From: Octopus vulgaris
Lineage: Eukaryota
Reading direction: 5' to 3'
Assembly (NCBI GenBank): GCA_951406725.2
Contig: OX597817.1
Span: forward strand, 73,470,001 to 73,534,000
Length of the DNA: 64,000 nt
Shown: positions 62,901-64,000 of the stretch, piece after piece
How positions within the stretch are numbered: position 1 is the first letter of the stretch
Layout of the letters: each line of letters starts with the position of its first letter
Program-made: the position numbers and the translations under genes
The notes under the pieces: model-generated
Told to the model about the DNA's origin: nothing
What the model saw: the letters and a program-made list of their open reading frames with translations, nothing else
Databases searched by the model: none

Positions 62901-64000
62901 CTCATCGCAAGAGTTCAACTTGGCTGAGATTTACCTTCTGTTTCTAGCAGACCAAGCGACAAAGTAGAAAAGTAATTTGAACTATCCTAAATATGTTTTA
63001 AATCAAACCAATTAAGGAGCTTCTATATAGTTGCTCGACCTGCAACAAATAACAGGAAAATCTCACTCAAATAAAACCATAATTGTTAATAAATATGGAC
63101 ACATTATACAATGTACACATAAATAAAATAAAAAATATGGCACGATTACGGTGGGAATATTTTTGATTATAGTTTTCTGCCGTGATTAACCTGGGTCCAG
63201 ACAACAACTTTTTAAAATTAGAGAAAAGATAATTTCCTGAACGGAGTTTCTACATGTCATTCGACCGACTAGAAATAGGTGCCAAATCACCATAAAATCT
63301 AATAATATAGCCTTAAAAACAAGTTGGAAGGAAACACGAGGTAATGTAGTTTCAGAGAGAATATATTTGACCTAAAGTCGGGATGACCATAGTGGGAACA
63401 CCTTTGATCATATGTATGCACGATGACGGTTGGCAAGAATGCTATAAACCACAGCGAAACAATGCTCCAATGTAACTTCGGAAAGATTATTTTCTCCTCT
63501 TATGTATGACTGACTCGTTTTCATGTGAATCTCACTAGTAATTAACTCACAATTTCTCCCGTGAATAATCAAAGGGATACGACAGCCTCTTTTATTGTTA
63601 CTGTTGTTGTTTTATAGTCAAATGGAAAACTGATACAGGCTTTGTATGTGGTCCGATGAAGTCTTAATTCGCCGCCCTTGACACGAATGTAGTAAACCGA
63701 GAAAATTAATCACACAAAAATAAATATATAAAGGAATGAAGGAAAAAATAAATAAATGAATCAGCCGTTCATTATTGACTTTGGCTTGGACGTATCTGGT
63801 CGTAATGACCGAGTGCAACAAATTTCAGTGGCAACGAGTGTGTTTCACAAAGAATGACTTGTCTCCAAGTTGACATACAGTTGACATACCATTTACTTTT
63901 AAACTGTCTTTATCTAGATCTTTCCCTTCCTCCCATTTTCTTACAAGTCGACTCCTGCTGTGACAAATACCAAATCCTTCTTTACCCATTTTAATAAAGT

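Overview
This is AT-rich, microsatellite-saturated eukaryotic DNA with no host protein-coding exon I can support. The repeat inventory resembles cephalopod (Octopus-like) genomic DNA, which is an inference. Almost all ORFs in the supplied track are microsatellite artefacts. The real content is mobile DNA: three tRNA-derived SINE families, CR1-group LINE remnants, and RTE, R4/Dong-like, Jockey/CR1-like and L1/Tx1 relics. It also holds a deleted mariner plus a related MITE, a Tc1 IR/DR end, a fold-back MITE, four Helitron-type ends or elements, a 5S rRNA pseudogene and several Penelope-type minimal hammerhead motifs. Five observations stand out. (1) A 2.2-kb element encodes only a Gag-like ORF1 (CCHC) with no reverse transcriptase and is inserted with a 17-bp TSD into a SINE head. 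(2) Its 3' stem-loop matches, with compensatory changes, a SINE tail that recurs at one fixed junction inside other SINE heads, suggesting a shared Tx1-type mobilisation system. (3) Three ~190-bp elements share a conserved non-canonical hammerhead core (CUGUWGA-A). (4) A near-perfect three-way-junction RNA lies in a probable RTE 3' UTR. (5) A CR1 LINE and a SINE share a 3' end with covarying base pairs. All family names come from motifs read by eye; no database search was run.
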